DNA of 58,327 nucleotides from a virus (Duplodnaviria; Caudoviricetes): IMG/VR virus record IMGVR_UViG_3300037742_000080, positions 1 to 58,327 of that record; one strand, 5' to 3'. Shown piece by piece: positions 19,028 to 27,579 of this stretch (position 1 is its first letter; each line of letters starts with the position of its first letter). The notes under the pieces were generated by a model. It saw only the letters and a program-made list of their open reading frames with translations, ran no database searches and was not told where the DNA came from. The position numbers and the translations under genes were made by a program.

Positions 19028-19248
19028 TGGCCAAGCTCACAGAGGCCGAGGTCGCGGGCCGAGTGCTCGAGGCCGCCGGCGTGGACTTCACGGTCGACAA
19101 GCGCGGGAAGCACTACAAGGTCCGATGGGAGATAGGTGGGCGCAAGTTCACCTACTCCTGCGCCAAGAGCCCGGGTGACTGGCGGGCTAGTGAGAACTGC
19201 CGCTGCGCCGTCAAGCGCATGCTGCGGGCGGCAGGGCTTGAAGTCTGA
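19027..19248 (+). CDS. Small HicA-like fold protein
   Basis: KRGKHYKVRW...SPGDWRASENCR pattern; 73 aa, basic. Confidence 0.5.
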   Translation: MAKLTEAEVAGRVLEAAGVDFTVDKRGKHYKVRWEIGGRKFTYSCAKSPGDWRASENCRCAVKRMLRAAGLEV

Positions 19249-19273
19249 CCCGCCCAATGTCTTCCCATAAAGT

Positions 19274-19304
19274 GGTTGCACTGTGGCCGAGCTCGTGTCA
19301 CGAT
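19274..19304 (+). promoter_or_regulatory. Putative promoter GGTTGCAC-N17-CACGAT for the nucleotide-metabolism operon
   Basis: Sigma70-like TTGCAC with 17-bp spacer. Confidence 0.55.
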
Positions 19305-19335
19305 ATACCTTCCTTAATCAACTGGAGTAAACAGA

Positions 19336-20133
19336 ATGACCGAAGAATTGAACCAACAACCCCGTGAAGCCTTTGCGGCCGCCATTGCAGCACGAATGCT
19401 TGTCAAGGTCGCGGAGTTCAACCGCGAGGTGGTTGCCCTGCCTATCCCCGAGACCCCGCAGGTGCTCGGCGAGCAGCGCCTCACCTGGGCAAACGCCGCC
19501 CTGCAGGAGGAGCTCAAGGAGTTCAACGACGCTGTGGACGCTGGCGACGTGCTCGAAGCGGCGGACGCCCTTATCGACCTCGTCTACTTTGCGCTCGGCC
19601 GCCTCGTTGAGATGGGTGTGCCCGCTGTAGCCGTCATGGACGAGGTGCAGCGCGCGAACATGGATAAGCAGCAGGGCGAGCTCTCCAAGCGTCCCGGCTC
19701 CATGGGCCACGATGCCGTGAAGCCTGCCGGCTGGCAGGCACCAGACCACGCGTGGCTGCTGGGCTTCAGCCTAGCAGACGTCCGCGAGCTGGTTGCCCTG
19801 CGTGCTGAGCGCGCCGACCGCGAGGCAATGAGCCCCGTGTGGCTGGAGCTGCAGGCGCTGCGCGAGGCCAAGGGCAAGGACTACAACGACGTGCCCGGGG
19901 GGCGCGACGCCTACTTCCCCTACGGGCACTTCTCCTATGCCCACATGCTGCAAACCAAGAACCTGCGCATTCAGTCTCTGCTGGCTGCCATGCAGAAGGG
20001 TCGCCCCGTCAACTTCGAGGGCCTGTATGACACGGTCAAGGACCTTGTGAACTATGGCACCTACTACGCCGAGGCCATGCGTGACGGCCGCCTGCCGCAG
20101 GATTCCCTCGCGATCGCCGGTGGTGAGGCATGA
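19336..20133 (+). CDS. MazG/PRA-PH-like NTP pyrophosphatase fused to Nmad1 (DUF1599)-like domain
   Basis: LQEELKEF...ADALIDLVYF...VQRANMDK...KPAGW; C-terminal KGKDYN...EGLYDTVKDLVNY. Confidence 0.75.
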   Translation: MTEELNQQPREAFAAAIAARMLVKVAEFNREVVALPIPETPQVLGEQRLTWANAALQEELKEFNDAVDAGDVLEAADALIDLVYFALGRLVEMGVPAVAVMDEVQRANMDKQQGELSKRPGSMGHDAVKPAGWQAPDHAWLLGFSLADVRELVALRAERADREAMSPVWLELQALREAKGKDYNDVPGGRDAYFPYGHFSYAHMLQTKNLRIQSLLAAMQKGRPVNFEGLYDTVKDLVNYGTYYAEAMRDGRLPQDSLAIAGGEA

Positions 20134-21002
20134 TCCCGTTTTTTGACGCCTACGGGGCCATCGTGGCCTGGGTCTTCAGCGGCGAGACCGAGCTCAACGA
20201 GCGGACCGGCGTGAGGGTGAAGGTGGGACGCGGCGGCACGGCCTTCCGCGTGGACCTCCGTGACGGCCTGCTGCCAACGGTGGGCTTCCGCAAGACCTTC
20301 CCGAAGTCGGCGGCCGCCGAGGTTGCATGGTACCTGCAGGGCACGCAGGACGCCAGCTTCATCCGCAAGTACGCACCGCTGTGGGACAAGTTCGTGGAGC
20401 CTATCGAGAAGTGTATTACCCGTGGTGGTGGTCCGCTTGAGTTTGCTACCATCGAAGGCGTCAAGGCTGCCTATGGCTACCGCTGGCGCAACCACTTCGG
20501 TCGTGACCAGATTAGGCTTGCGGTCGAGGCCCTGCGCAAGGACCCGAGCGACCGGCGCTGCTATGTCTCCGCCTGGGACCCGGCTGAGGATGGCCTCGGC
20601 GCGCTAGGCCAGCGGAACGTCCCGTGCCCGGCGTCCTTCACCTTCAGCGTGCTCGGCGGCGAGCTGCACTCGTCCATCATCCTGCGCAGCTCGGACGTGT
20701 TCGTCGGCCTGCCCTACGACGTCATGGGGCACGCCCTGCTAATGGACGCGATGGCCCACGAGCTGCGCCTCCGCCCGGGCGTCATGCACGTGACCCTGGC
20801 CCACGCCCACTTGTACGAGTCACACTGGGACCTCACGGCCGAGATGATGAAGCAGGAGCCCGTCGTGCCGGCAATGCAGCTGCCCGGCTGGACCCTGTCA
20901 CAGATCGAGCGCGCCCCCGACGACTACGTCGTGCGCTACGCCGAGGAGGCCAAGCAGCTGACATGGCCGACCTACAACCCCCGCCCCGAGGTCGTGGAGT
21001 GA
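20130..21002 (+). CDS. Thymidylate-synthase homologue, predicted dCMP (hydroxy)methyltransferase
   Basis: AYGYRWR, DRR, PC (Cys166), RSSD, GLPYD (Asp197), HAHLY. Confidence 0.85.
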   Translation: MIPFFDAYGAIVAWVFSGETELNERTGVRVKVGRGGTAFRVDLRDGLLPTVGFRKTFPKSAAAEVAWYLQGTQDASFIRKYAPLWDKFVEPIEKCITRGGGPLEFATIEGVKAAYGYRWRNHFGRDQIRLAVEALRKDPSDRRCYVSAWDPAEDGLGALGQRNVPCPASFTFSVLGGELHSSIILRSSDVFVGLPYDVMGHALLMDAMAHELRLRPGVMHVTLAHAHLYESHWDLTAEMMKQEPVVPAMQLPGWTLSQIERAPDDYVVRYAEEAKQLTWPTYNPRPEVVE

Positions 21003-21463
21003 TGAACGAGCAGCCCATCAAGCGGACGCAGGAGGAGTGGGACTCCTTCTTCCTGCGGTTCGCCCGCGACGTCGCGGGCATGTCCAAGGACCCTGACCGC
21101 CAGGTCGGGGCCGTGGTCGTGACGCCCGACCGGCGGCAACTGTCCCTCGGCTACAACGGCTTCCCGCCGGACATTGAGGACCTGCCGTCGCTCCTGGCCG
21201 ACCGCGACTTCAAGCTGGCAAACATGGTGCATGCCGAGGTCAACTGCCTCCGGCAGGCTCCGTTCCCGCTCGAGGGCTGCACCCTGTACGTCACCCGCTT
21301 CCCGTGCGACCGCTGCGCCGAGCGGATCGTGGCGGCCGGCATCCGCCGGGTCGTTGCGCCTGCCCCTGACTTCGGCCACGCGCGGTGGGGATCATCCTGG
21401 CTGCAGGCCGCCGGCTCGATGGAGTCGGTCGGTCTGGCCATAACCCTCTACAAGGGAGAATGA
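21002..21463 (+). CDS. dCMP deaminase
   Basis: SKDP...VGA, GYNG, HAE, PCDRC zinc motifs. Confidence 0.9.
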   Translation: MNEQPIKRTQEEWDSFFLRFARDVAGMSKDPDRQVGAVVVTPDRRQLSLGYNGFPPDIEDLPSLLADRDFKLANMVHAEVNCLRQAPFPLEGCTLYVTRFPCDRCAERIVAAGIRRVVAPAPDFGHARWGSSWLQAAGSMESVGLAITLYKGE

Positions 21464-21464
21464 C

Positions 21465-21932
21465 ATGAGACTGCTGCTTGCCAGCTCCGCCGACGGGTAT
21501 CTTGCCCGTGGCCCCGAGGACGACATGAAGTGGACCGGCCCGATCGACAAGGCCGTCTTCCGCCTGCTCACCCTCTCGAACGCCGATGACGTCCTGCTCG
21601 CCGGCTCCCGCACCTTTGACCAGATGCCACCGCTGCCGGGCCGGCGTATGGAGCGCCTGTCCCGCGGGCCGAACGGCATCGACCTGGCGGAGGCTGCCTC
21701 TCGGTGGCCTTCGGCCTGGCTGATCGGTGGCCCCGAGGTCTCGGTCGCCGCCCTGCGCCTGGGCCTTGTCACCCGCGCCTTTGTCTGCGTCTCGCAGGCG
21801 GAGCTGCGCGAGGGCATACATGCCATGGAGCTCTCCACTCTGCTGCCACACGATGGGCCGGAGTTCACCATCAAGGTCGGTGACGTCAAGGTCATGGTTT
21901 TCACGGAGGCGCAGAAGTGGCCCGCGAGGTAA
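21465..21932 (+). CDS. Dihydrofolate reductase-like protein
   Basis: ASSADGYLA...MKW...DKAVFR, GSRTF, LPGR, LSR, IGG motifs. Confidence 0.8.
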   Translation: MRLLLASSADGYLARGPEDDMKWTGPIDKAVFRLLTLSNADDVLLAGSRTFDQMPPLPGRRMERLSRGPNGIDLAEAASRWPSAWLIGGPEVSVAALRLGLVTRAFVCVSQAELREGIHAMELSTLLPHDGPEFTIKVGDVKVMVFTEAQKWPAR

Positions 21933-22390
21933 GGCTGTGGGAGTGGCTGCGCGACGGGCTGCGTGGCACGGACGGGTTGCACATGCGACGGGTCGAGAAC
22001 CTGGTCAGCGAGGGCGACCCGGACGTGGACGGCTGTTGGCAGGGCCGCTACTTCGAGCTCGAGCTGAAGGGCTGCGACCGGCCGGCACGAGACGGCTCCC
22101 TCGACTTCGACGTCCGACAGTCGCAGGTGGTATGGCACAGGCGCCGCTGGCGGTGCGGCGGCAACGTGTGGCTCTACGTGCGCGTGGGCAAGGGGCGCGA
22201 CGTGCGGCGCTACCTGGTGCCGGGTAGCCTCACCGGTCAGGTGAAGGCTGGCGTGACGGAGACAGAACTGGCCCGGCTGTCCGTCTTGCCGCCTGGGCAC
22301 TCCGCCGCCGAGCTCTTGTCACGGGCGGTGACTACCGCAGATTTGCGTAAAAGCAGCACCCAGCTGGAGAACGATGGCGTCGTGCAATGA
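21917..22390 (+). CDS. Holliday junction resolvase / VRR-NUC-like nuclease
   Basis: GDPDV...ELELK...SQVVW PD-(D/E)xK motif. Confidence 0.75.
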   Translation: MAREVRLWEWLRDGLRGTDGLHMRRVENLVSEGDPDVDGCWQGRYFELELKGCDRPARDGSLDFDVRQSQVVWHRRRWRCGGNVWLYVRVGKGRDVRRYLVPGSLTGQVKAGVTETELARLSVLPPGHSAAELLSRAVTTADLRKSSTQLENDGVVQ

Positions 22391-22470
22391 GGGAAGGGGG
22401 TATACTTGAATCGTGTCGCCGCCAGCTGGCGGAGGCACTAAGTGACTCCCCTAACCTTTAGGAGAAAGCC

Positions 22471-22773
22471 ATGACTGCCAAGACGATCCGCACTATAAAG
22501 GATGAGGTTCGCAATCTGTGCCAGCGCAAGCGGGCCCTCACCTACGAGAAGATGGTCGACATCATCAAGGAGCGCCACCCGGAGGCCAACACTTCGGTGA
22601 AGACTGTCCAGTGGTACGCCTCGAAGCTGCGCCGCGAGGGTGTTGAGGTCCATGTTATTGACGGCCGCAGCCTCACGAGGCAATCACCCGCCAACGACGA
22701 CAGCATCGACTATACCCGGCCGGAGAATGACCGTCGTGCCACTGGTACGGAGGGCCGCCGCACCGGCCGCTGA
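22471..22773 (+). CDS. HTH-like protein (paralogue of 17458)
   Basis: TYEKMVDIIKERHPEANTSVKTVQWYASKLR. Confidence 0.7.
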   Translation: MTAKTIRTIKDEVRNLCQRKRALTYEKMVDIIKERHPEANTSVKTVQWYASKLRREGVEVHVIDGRSLTRQSPANDDSIDYTRPENDRRATGTEGRRTGR

Positions 22774-22863
22774 CGCAGCCGTATAGCTAGGAGCTATAAC
22801 AAGAAGGCGAAGAAGCCGGCATTCAGTAGTAGGGGGTCCCAATATGGGCTCGATGGGGATCGG

Positions 22864-22901
22864 ATAGGGCTCGGACGATGTCGTCCGGGCCCTATTCTTT
22901 T
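22864..22901 (+). terminator. Rho-independent terminator
   Basis: atagggctcggacga-tg-tcgtccgggccctat followed by tcttttt. Confidence 0.75.
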
Positions 22902-22923
22902 GTGGCCTCAAAAAAAGTTGCTC

Positions 22924-22967
22924 GAGGGGGCTCCCAGCGGCCGAGATACCCCCTATAATCATCCCAT
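22924..22967 (+). promoter_or_regulatory. Putative strong promoter GAGGGGGCTCCCA-N17-TATAAT-CATCCCAT
   Basis: Nearly identical architecture at 23765 and 44554; upstream A-tract. Confidence 0.75.
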
Positions 22968-22991
22968 ACCAACAAACATTGGAGCAACGAC

Positions 22992-23726
22992 ATGGCCACC
23001 ATCGCAGACACCATCCGCGCCTCCCTCGCCGAGGGCAAGACCAACGAGCAAGTCCTCGCCGACGTCAAGGCCGCCCATCCGAACGCCAACACCTCAGCAG
23101 CCTGCGTGTCCTACTATCGCAGCAAGATGAAGAAGGCGGGGTCGGCCACCGCGAAGCCCGAGCCGAGGGCGATCGCCAAGGCGGTTGCGGCGGCGAGCGG
23201 CAACCCATCCTACACCGTCAAGGGCGTCAAGTCCTTCATCAGCAACGAGGGGCACGGCTTCAACGCCACCCTATACCGTGACGGCAAGGCGGTCGCCTTT
23301 GTCTACGACGATGCCTCGGGCGGTCCGGTCGCATTCGAGTGGAAGGACACAGCTGCGGGCCTAGTGGACGTCGTCGCTAGGAACTACATGGGCGAGGAGT
23401 ACAAGACCCGCATGACCCACGAGGAGAAGGCGTACTACGACTTCGTGTCCGCCATGCCCGAGCAGAGCTTTGAGGGCACAGAGCTCGACGTCACGATGGA
23501 CATCCACGTCTCCGACCTTGTCAACGACGCGCTGCTGCTCAAGGACGTTGCTCGCATGACCAAGAGCGGGGCGGCCTTCATCAAGGCCGACGGCAAGCTC
23601 TACACCGCCAAGTGCGAGCCCAACGAAAAGAACATCGCCACCATCAAGGCCAAGCACGTTGGCTGCGTCGTGCTCAACGGCATGAGCGACCTCGCGGTAC
23701 TCGCCGCCGTCCGCGCCACGGCATGA
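22992..23726 (+). CDS. Protein with N-terminal HTH-like domain (paralogue of 17458)
   Basis: KTNEQVLADVKAAHPNANTSAACVSYYRSKMK. Confidence 0.75.
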   Translation: MATIADTIRASLAEGKTNEQVLADVKAAHPNANTSAACVSYYRSKMKKAGSATAKPEPRAIAKAVAAASGNPSYTVKGVKSFISNEGHGFNATLYRDGKAVAFVYDDASGGPVAFEWKDTAAGLVDVVARNYMGEEYKTRMTHEEKAYYDFVSAMPEQSFEGTELDVTMDIHVSDLVNDALLLKDVARMTKSGAAFIKADGKLYTAKCEPNEKNIATIKAKHVGCVVLNGMSDLAVLAAVRATA

Positions 23727-23764
23727 CAACCATCGATTGAAAAAATAATGGAAAATTGGGGCCC

Positions 23765-23808
23765 GAGGGGGCTCCCAATCCCCACGAACAGTGCATAATG
23801 GAACCCAT
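23765..23808 (+). promoter_or_regulatory. Putative strong promoter GAGGGGGCTCCCA-N16-CATAAT
   Basis: Shared motif, upstream A-tract. Confidence 0.7.
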
Positions 23809-23865
23809 CGACGACACGCAGTGCGCTCGATGCCCGACCCGAACAACCTCTCTAGGAGAACCAAC

Positions 23866-24447
23866 ATGACCAAACTGACCGAGCAGTCCAACATCACCGA
23901 CATCGCCGCCGTTTACAATGAGCTCAAGGGCACCAACACCGACGTCAAGACCCTCGCCAAACGAGGCAAGGCCAAGCTGCTGGCCCAAATCGACGTCCTC
24001 CTCGAAGCACAAGCCGAGAAGAAGGCGGACGAGCAGCTCGACCGAGTCGAGGAGCCCGCCAAGACCGAGGAGCCTCCGAAGACTGACGGCGTAAACCACC
24101 TCGTGCAGCAGATGCTGCAAGCCGCCGACAAGAAGGAGGACGCCGCGCCCGCCAAGCCCCGCACGAAGCGCGAGCCGAAGGCCGTCAAGGAAAAGAAGGA
24201 GAAGGGCCCCGTCATCCGCGTGGTCGCCGAGCAGCTGCTGCTCGAGGTCGTGACCCACGACGAGGACAAGCGCCCCTACGGTCACTCCTACGACGAGATT
24301 CTGAACCGCATCCACGCGCAGTTTGAGGGTGCGAAGACGACGGTGGCGTGCCTCCGCTGGTACGCCGTCCACATGCGCGAGCGCGGCGAGAAGGTGCCGA
24401 ACCGCCCGCGCGCCACCCCGACCGCAACCACCAAGAAGGAGGCTTGA
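23866..24447 (+). CDS. Protein with C-terminal HTH-like domain (paralogue of 17458)
   Basis: SYDEILNRIHAQFEGAKTTVACLRWYAVHMR; AGGAG RBS. Confidence 0.75.
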   Translation: MTKLTEQSNITDIAAVYNELKGTNTDVKTLAKRGKAKLLAQIDVLLEAQAEKKADEQLDRVEEPAKTEEPPKTDGVNHLVQQMLQAADKKEDAAPAKPRTKREPKAVKEKKEKGPVIRVVAEQLLLEVVTHDEDKRPYGHSYDEILNRIHAQFEGAKTTVACLRWYAVHMRERGEKVPNRPRATPTATTKKEA

Positions 24448-24452
24448 GAGCC

Positions 24453-24740
24453 ATGCCCGTGATGAAGACCTACATTGCGGGCGCCCCATACCACGAGGGC
24501 GCCCGCGACGCGATAGCCAAGCTCAGGACCGCCGACGAGCTCGTGCTCGTCCGCGAGCCGTCCAACCCCCACGACCACAACGCCGTGGCCGTGCACGCCG
24601 CCGACGGCACCAAGTTGGGCTACGTGCCGAGCGTCGACGCGGGCGCGGTGGCCAAGGTGCTCGACCGCGAGCTCACGTGCTCCTGCCGCTTTGCGGGGCG
24701 TCCGTCCACAACCAGCGTCACCATAGAGTGGGAGGCATGA
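24453..24740 (+). CDS. HIRAN-domain protein
   Basis: IAG..Y...LVREPSNPHDHNAVAV...LGYVP. Confidence 0.85.
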   Translation: MPVMKTYIAGAPYHEGARDAIAKLRTADELVLVREPSNPHDHNAVAVHAADGTKLGYVPSVDAGAVAKVLDRELTCSCRFAGRPSTTSVTIEWEA

Positions 24741-25051
24741 CCATGCAAGACGACCGCGACGACGAACAACAAGAGGGCCTCACGGCCGACGAGCTCCTTG
24801 CCGTGCTGACGGGTAAGTGCGTGCACGAGGTGCAGCGCGACCGCATAATGGCGCTGCTGGGCCTTGCCGCTGCCCACGCCGGCGGCAAGCTCGAGCTCAA
24901 GCTAGACGGCCTCAAGGCCCTCAACGGCAGGGGCGTCTGCATCGCCATCGACGAGGCGGCGGGCACGGCCACGGTGGAGCTCCTTGACGCCCCTCGCGGC
25001 GAGGACGTCAAGATCGAGCCGACGCACTTTGCGTCGAGCACGCGCCACTGA
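24737..25051 (+). CDS. Hypothetical protein
   Basis: ATGA-coupled, GGAGG RBS. Confidence 0.65.
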   Translation: MTMQDDRDDEQQEGLTADELLAVLTGKCVHEVQRDRIMALLGLAAAHAGGKLELKLDGLKALNGRGVCIAIDEAAGTATVELLDAPRGEDVKIEPTHFASSTRH

Positions 25052-25064
25052 GGAGGCAGGAGCT

Positions 25065-25292
25065 ATGCGCAAGCACGTTGGAGGCCTCGCCGCTTCCCTG
25101 ATGGCCCTAGCAATCCTGGCAGCCCTAGCATGGTCCGTCGTGGATTGGCTGGACCGGCCCGAGGTGCAGGTATCGTACGAGACCGGCCGGTGCGTGGCGG
25201 TGCGGGACTACAAGGCTGAGTATGAGGGCCGCGTGTCGGAGTGGTCCTGCGACAAGCTGCCCGAGCGCTACGAGCGCGTGTGGGTGCGTTGA
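25065..25292 (+). CDS. Small membrane-anchored hypothetical protein
   Basis: N-terminal hydrophobic helix; AGGAG RBS. Confidence 0.65.
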   Translation: MRKHVGGLAASLMALAILAALAWSVVDWLDRPEVQVSYETGRCVAVRDYKAEYEGRVSEWSCDKLPERYERVWVR

Positions 25293-25293
25293 C

Positions 25294-25324
25294 GGCTCCG
25301 TGCGGCCTGCCGCCATGCCATGAT
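25294..25324 (+). promoter_or_regulatory. Putative promoter GGCTCCGT-N17-CATGAT
   Basis: Recurrent motif. Confidence 0.55.
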
Positions 25325-25357
25325 GCCTTCTAGACAACATCCTAGGAGGCTCAAGTC

Positions 25358-25594
25358 ATGCTGGACGTAGAAGAAGAAGATCAAGACGGGCTCGGCGCAG
25401 CGCGTGGCGTCGTAAATGGGCTGGGGCTGAGCTTGCTGCTGTGGGTGGCGATCCTTGGTTCGATCGCGCTCGTCCACGGCTGCCACGAACGCGCATCGGT
25501 CAAATCCGGGCGCAGTCAGACTGTCGAGGTGCGTGTAGCCCAGGCGCTCAGCAGTACCAAGGCATCCGTGAGCTCGGTCGTGCGCCTGGACTGA
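25358..25594 (+). CDS. Small single-pass membrane protein
   Basis: AGGAGG RBS; GLSLLLWVAILGSIALV helix. Confidence 0.65.
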   Translation: MLDVEEEDQDGLGAARGVVNGLGLSLLLWVAILGSIALVHGCHERASVKSGRSQTVEVRVAQALSSTKASVSSVVRLD

Positions 25595-25595
25595 G

Positions 25596-25622
25596 AAAAA
25601 GACACCGCCGGAGGGCGGTGTT
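25596..25622. terminator. Terminator between convergent arms
   Basis: aaaaa-gacaccgcc-ggag-ggcggtgtt. Confidence 0.7.
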
Positions 25623-25677
25623 AAAGGCTCGGGTGGCGTGAAGGAGAGGAACCCACCACCCGAGGCCGCGGGGCCCG

Positions 25678-25959
25678 TTACTTGCCGACAAAGTCCTTGA
25701 TGCCTACCCAGGCGGCAGCTACAAGGCCGCTGACCAGGATGCCCATGAGTGTCATGAGGCCTTTGGACTTGATGGAGTCGGTGGTGGTGCGCCATTCGCG
25801 CAGATGCTGGAAGTCCTTCTGGACCTCAATAGGGTCGTCGACCTTGACGCCAAGCATGAGGAACGTCTCGCGGACGGCCTCGCGGATGAGGGCACGTGCC
25901 TCGTCAGGCGTCAGGTTCTGGAGCTGCTGCTCAGGCCCAGGTCGGTTGTTGTCTGTCAT
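25678..25959 (-). CDS. Hypothetical membrane protein at end of lysis cassette (start may be 26079)
   Basis: C-terminal TM helix GLMTLMGILVSGLVAAAWVGI. Confidence 0.6.
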   Translation of the reverse strand: MTDNNRPGPEQQLQNLTPDEARALIREAVRETFLMLGVKVDDPIEVQKDFQHLREWRTTTDSIKSKGLMTLMGILVSGLVAAAWVGIKDFVGK

Positions 25960-26075
25960 AACTTCGTCCCCTCCCGGGCAAAATGGTAGCTCAGGGCAGT
26001 CGTCACAGCGGCGTCCAAGGACTGCCTCCGCAACGGCTCCCCGTACGGTGTTGCAATGGCTTCTCCGGTCATGGC

Positions 26076-26462
26076 TCACTTCCCGCCCTTCCCGTCGTCG
26101 GCTGGCGCCGGCACGGGCTGCTGCCGGGTCCGGCGGTAGAAGTCGAGCTGATAGCTGGCTTCACGCGCCCAGCGCGCCAGCTCCGCCATGTTACGCGACA
26201 GCGCCTCGTAGCCGCGAGCGGGCAGGGCGAACATCGCCTCGCAGCCCACCTCTACCACTTCCCAGCGTACAGACTCGAGCTTGACCGGCTCAGGAGCCGG
26301 CAGCACGGGCAGCGGGGGCTGCTTGGCCTCCGCCGGTGGCTGGGACTTGAGTGGACTGCTCGAGCAGGCGGAGAGCCCGATCAGAGCCGTCGTTAACGCG
26401 ACGCTCAATAAGACCCGGCTTACGCTTGGCCAGCGCGCCGAGGTCGTGCTTGGATAGGACAT
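26076..26462 (-). CDS. o-spanin (Rz1-like lipoprotein); start uncertain
   Basis: Lipobox LSAC, Pro-rich, overlaps i-spanin in another frame. Confidence 0.75.
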   Translation of the reverse strand: MSYPSTTSARWPSVSRVLLSVALTTALIGLSACSSSPLKSQPPAEAKQPPLPVLPAPEPVKLESVRWEVVEVGCEAMFALPARGYEALSRNMAELARWAREASYQLDFYRRTRQQPVPAPADDGKGGK

Positions 26463-26751
26463 CCTTCAACTCCCTCGAGTATGCGCCAGCCTCACGCTGC
26501 GCGGTTGCAAGGTCCTCCAAGGCCTTAGCCTGGACCTTGGCGGCCGAGTCCCATTTGTCAATGGTCTTCTCGAACGCGTCGGCCCGGGCCTTTTCCCGGG
26601 AGACATCCTCCTTCAGCGTCGCGACCTGCCCGGTGAGTTGGGCATTGGACTCGACTAGTCCAGAGTAATGGCGGTATGATAACGCAACGGCGGCCGCTAC
26701 GGCAACCCCAATTGCGATGCCAACGTATGCCCGAAGGCCTAAATTGAACAT
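26290..26751 (-). CDS. i-spanin (Rz-like)
   Basis: N-terminal TM helix followed by coiled coil; follows endolysin. Confidence 0.8.
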   Translation of the reverse strand: MFNLGLRAYVGIAIGVAVAAAVALSYRHYSGLVESNAQLTGQVATLKEDVSREKARADAFEKTIDKWDSAAKVQAKALEDLATAQREAGAYSRELKDVLSKHDLGALAKRKPGLIERRVNDGSDRALRLLEQSTQVPATGGGQAAPAARAAGS

Positions 26752-26761
26752 GTCGTGCTCC

Positions 26762-27262
26762 TTAAGGGTAGACGCTGGCTGGCAGCTCAAAGTGCGGGCC
26801 GTCCAGGAAAGCCTTCTTGCCGGCAGCCTTGCGACGCGCGACATAGCCAGCCACCTCGTCATCCATCTCACCGGCAAGGTCGGCCAGCGCCTGGTCCCAT
26901 ACCCCGCCCCAGCGGATTGGCACCTGCAGTTCCATGCTTGCACGGCGCACCGCATCAGCAACACGGTAGCACAGGCTCCAGTCCCAGCGTAGCTCTGCCT
27001 TGCCGTCTCCGTCGAAGTCGATCAGCGGCACCAGGTCAACCGCGTGGCCGAGCCCGTCGTTACCAGGCAGGTGGCGGGAATCCATCGTCTGGCTGGCGCC
27101 GGAGGCGACAAGCTTGGCCTGGCGTGCTCGCGTGCGCAGGCCTTCGTAGACCTGGAAGTCGATGGAGGTCACCTCAATCGCGCGCTCGACGACGCGGACA
27201 AGGTCAGGGTGCACGCCTGACAGGCTTTGGTGGGACTTGGTCCCTAGTGCGAAGGTGGTCAT
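26762..27262 (-). CDS. Endolysin, M15 family L-Ala-D-Glu peptidase
   Basis: GVHPDL, EGLRT..RQ, SRHL...GHAVD, WGG.W, DGPHFEL. Confidence 0.9.
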   Translation of the reverse strand: MTTFALGTKSHQSLSGVHPDLVRVVERAIEVTSIDFQVYEGLRTRARQAKLVASGASQTMDSRHLPGNDGLGHAVDLVPLIDFDGDGKAELRWDWSLCYRVADAVRRASMELQVPIRWGGVWDQALADLAGEMDDEVAGYVARRKAAGKKAFLDGPHFELPASVYP

Positions 27263-27579
27263 GGCTCATCCTCTACTTTTGCTGATGCCCCGGGGCCCGG
27301 GGCGGGCTTGCCGGACCGTGCTGCCGCAGCGGCGGCAGGGCCCTTGATCTTTGCTATGCTGACATCTTCCCAGGTCGCACCAAACACGTACGAGCCGACA
27401 ATGCCGATGATTGTCAGAAACGCCATTGTCACGGCTGTGTCGGCTGGCCCGGTGGTCAGCCCCTTCCACAGCACATAGGCCACAACCCACATGCAGAAGG
27501 CTGTCACGGCAAACATGAACCGGCGCCTTATGCGCCAGCTCGACTGCCCACCGGGGTTGCGCTGCTTCTCTTGTTCCAT
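27259..27579 (-). CDS. Holin (2 TM)
   Basis: Two hydrophobic helices, immediately upstream of endolysin. Confidence 0.7.
   Translation of the reverse strand: MEQEKQRNPGGQSSWRIRRRFMFAVTAFCMWVVAYVLWKGLTTGPADTAVTMAFLTIIGIVGSYVFGATWEDVSIAKIKGPAAAAAARSGKPAPGPGASAKVEDEP

Noticed and set aside
20130-21002. Canonical thyA or YuA/M6-type dUMP hydroxymethylase with thymidine hypermodification
   Set aside because: Asp rather than Asn at the specificity position; no aGPT-Pplase, radical SAM or PLP-enzyme genes recognised
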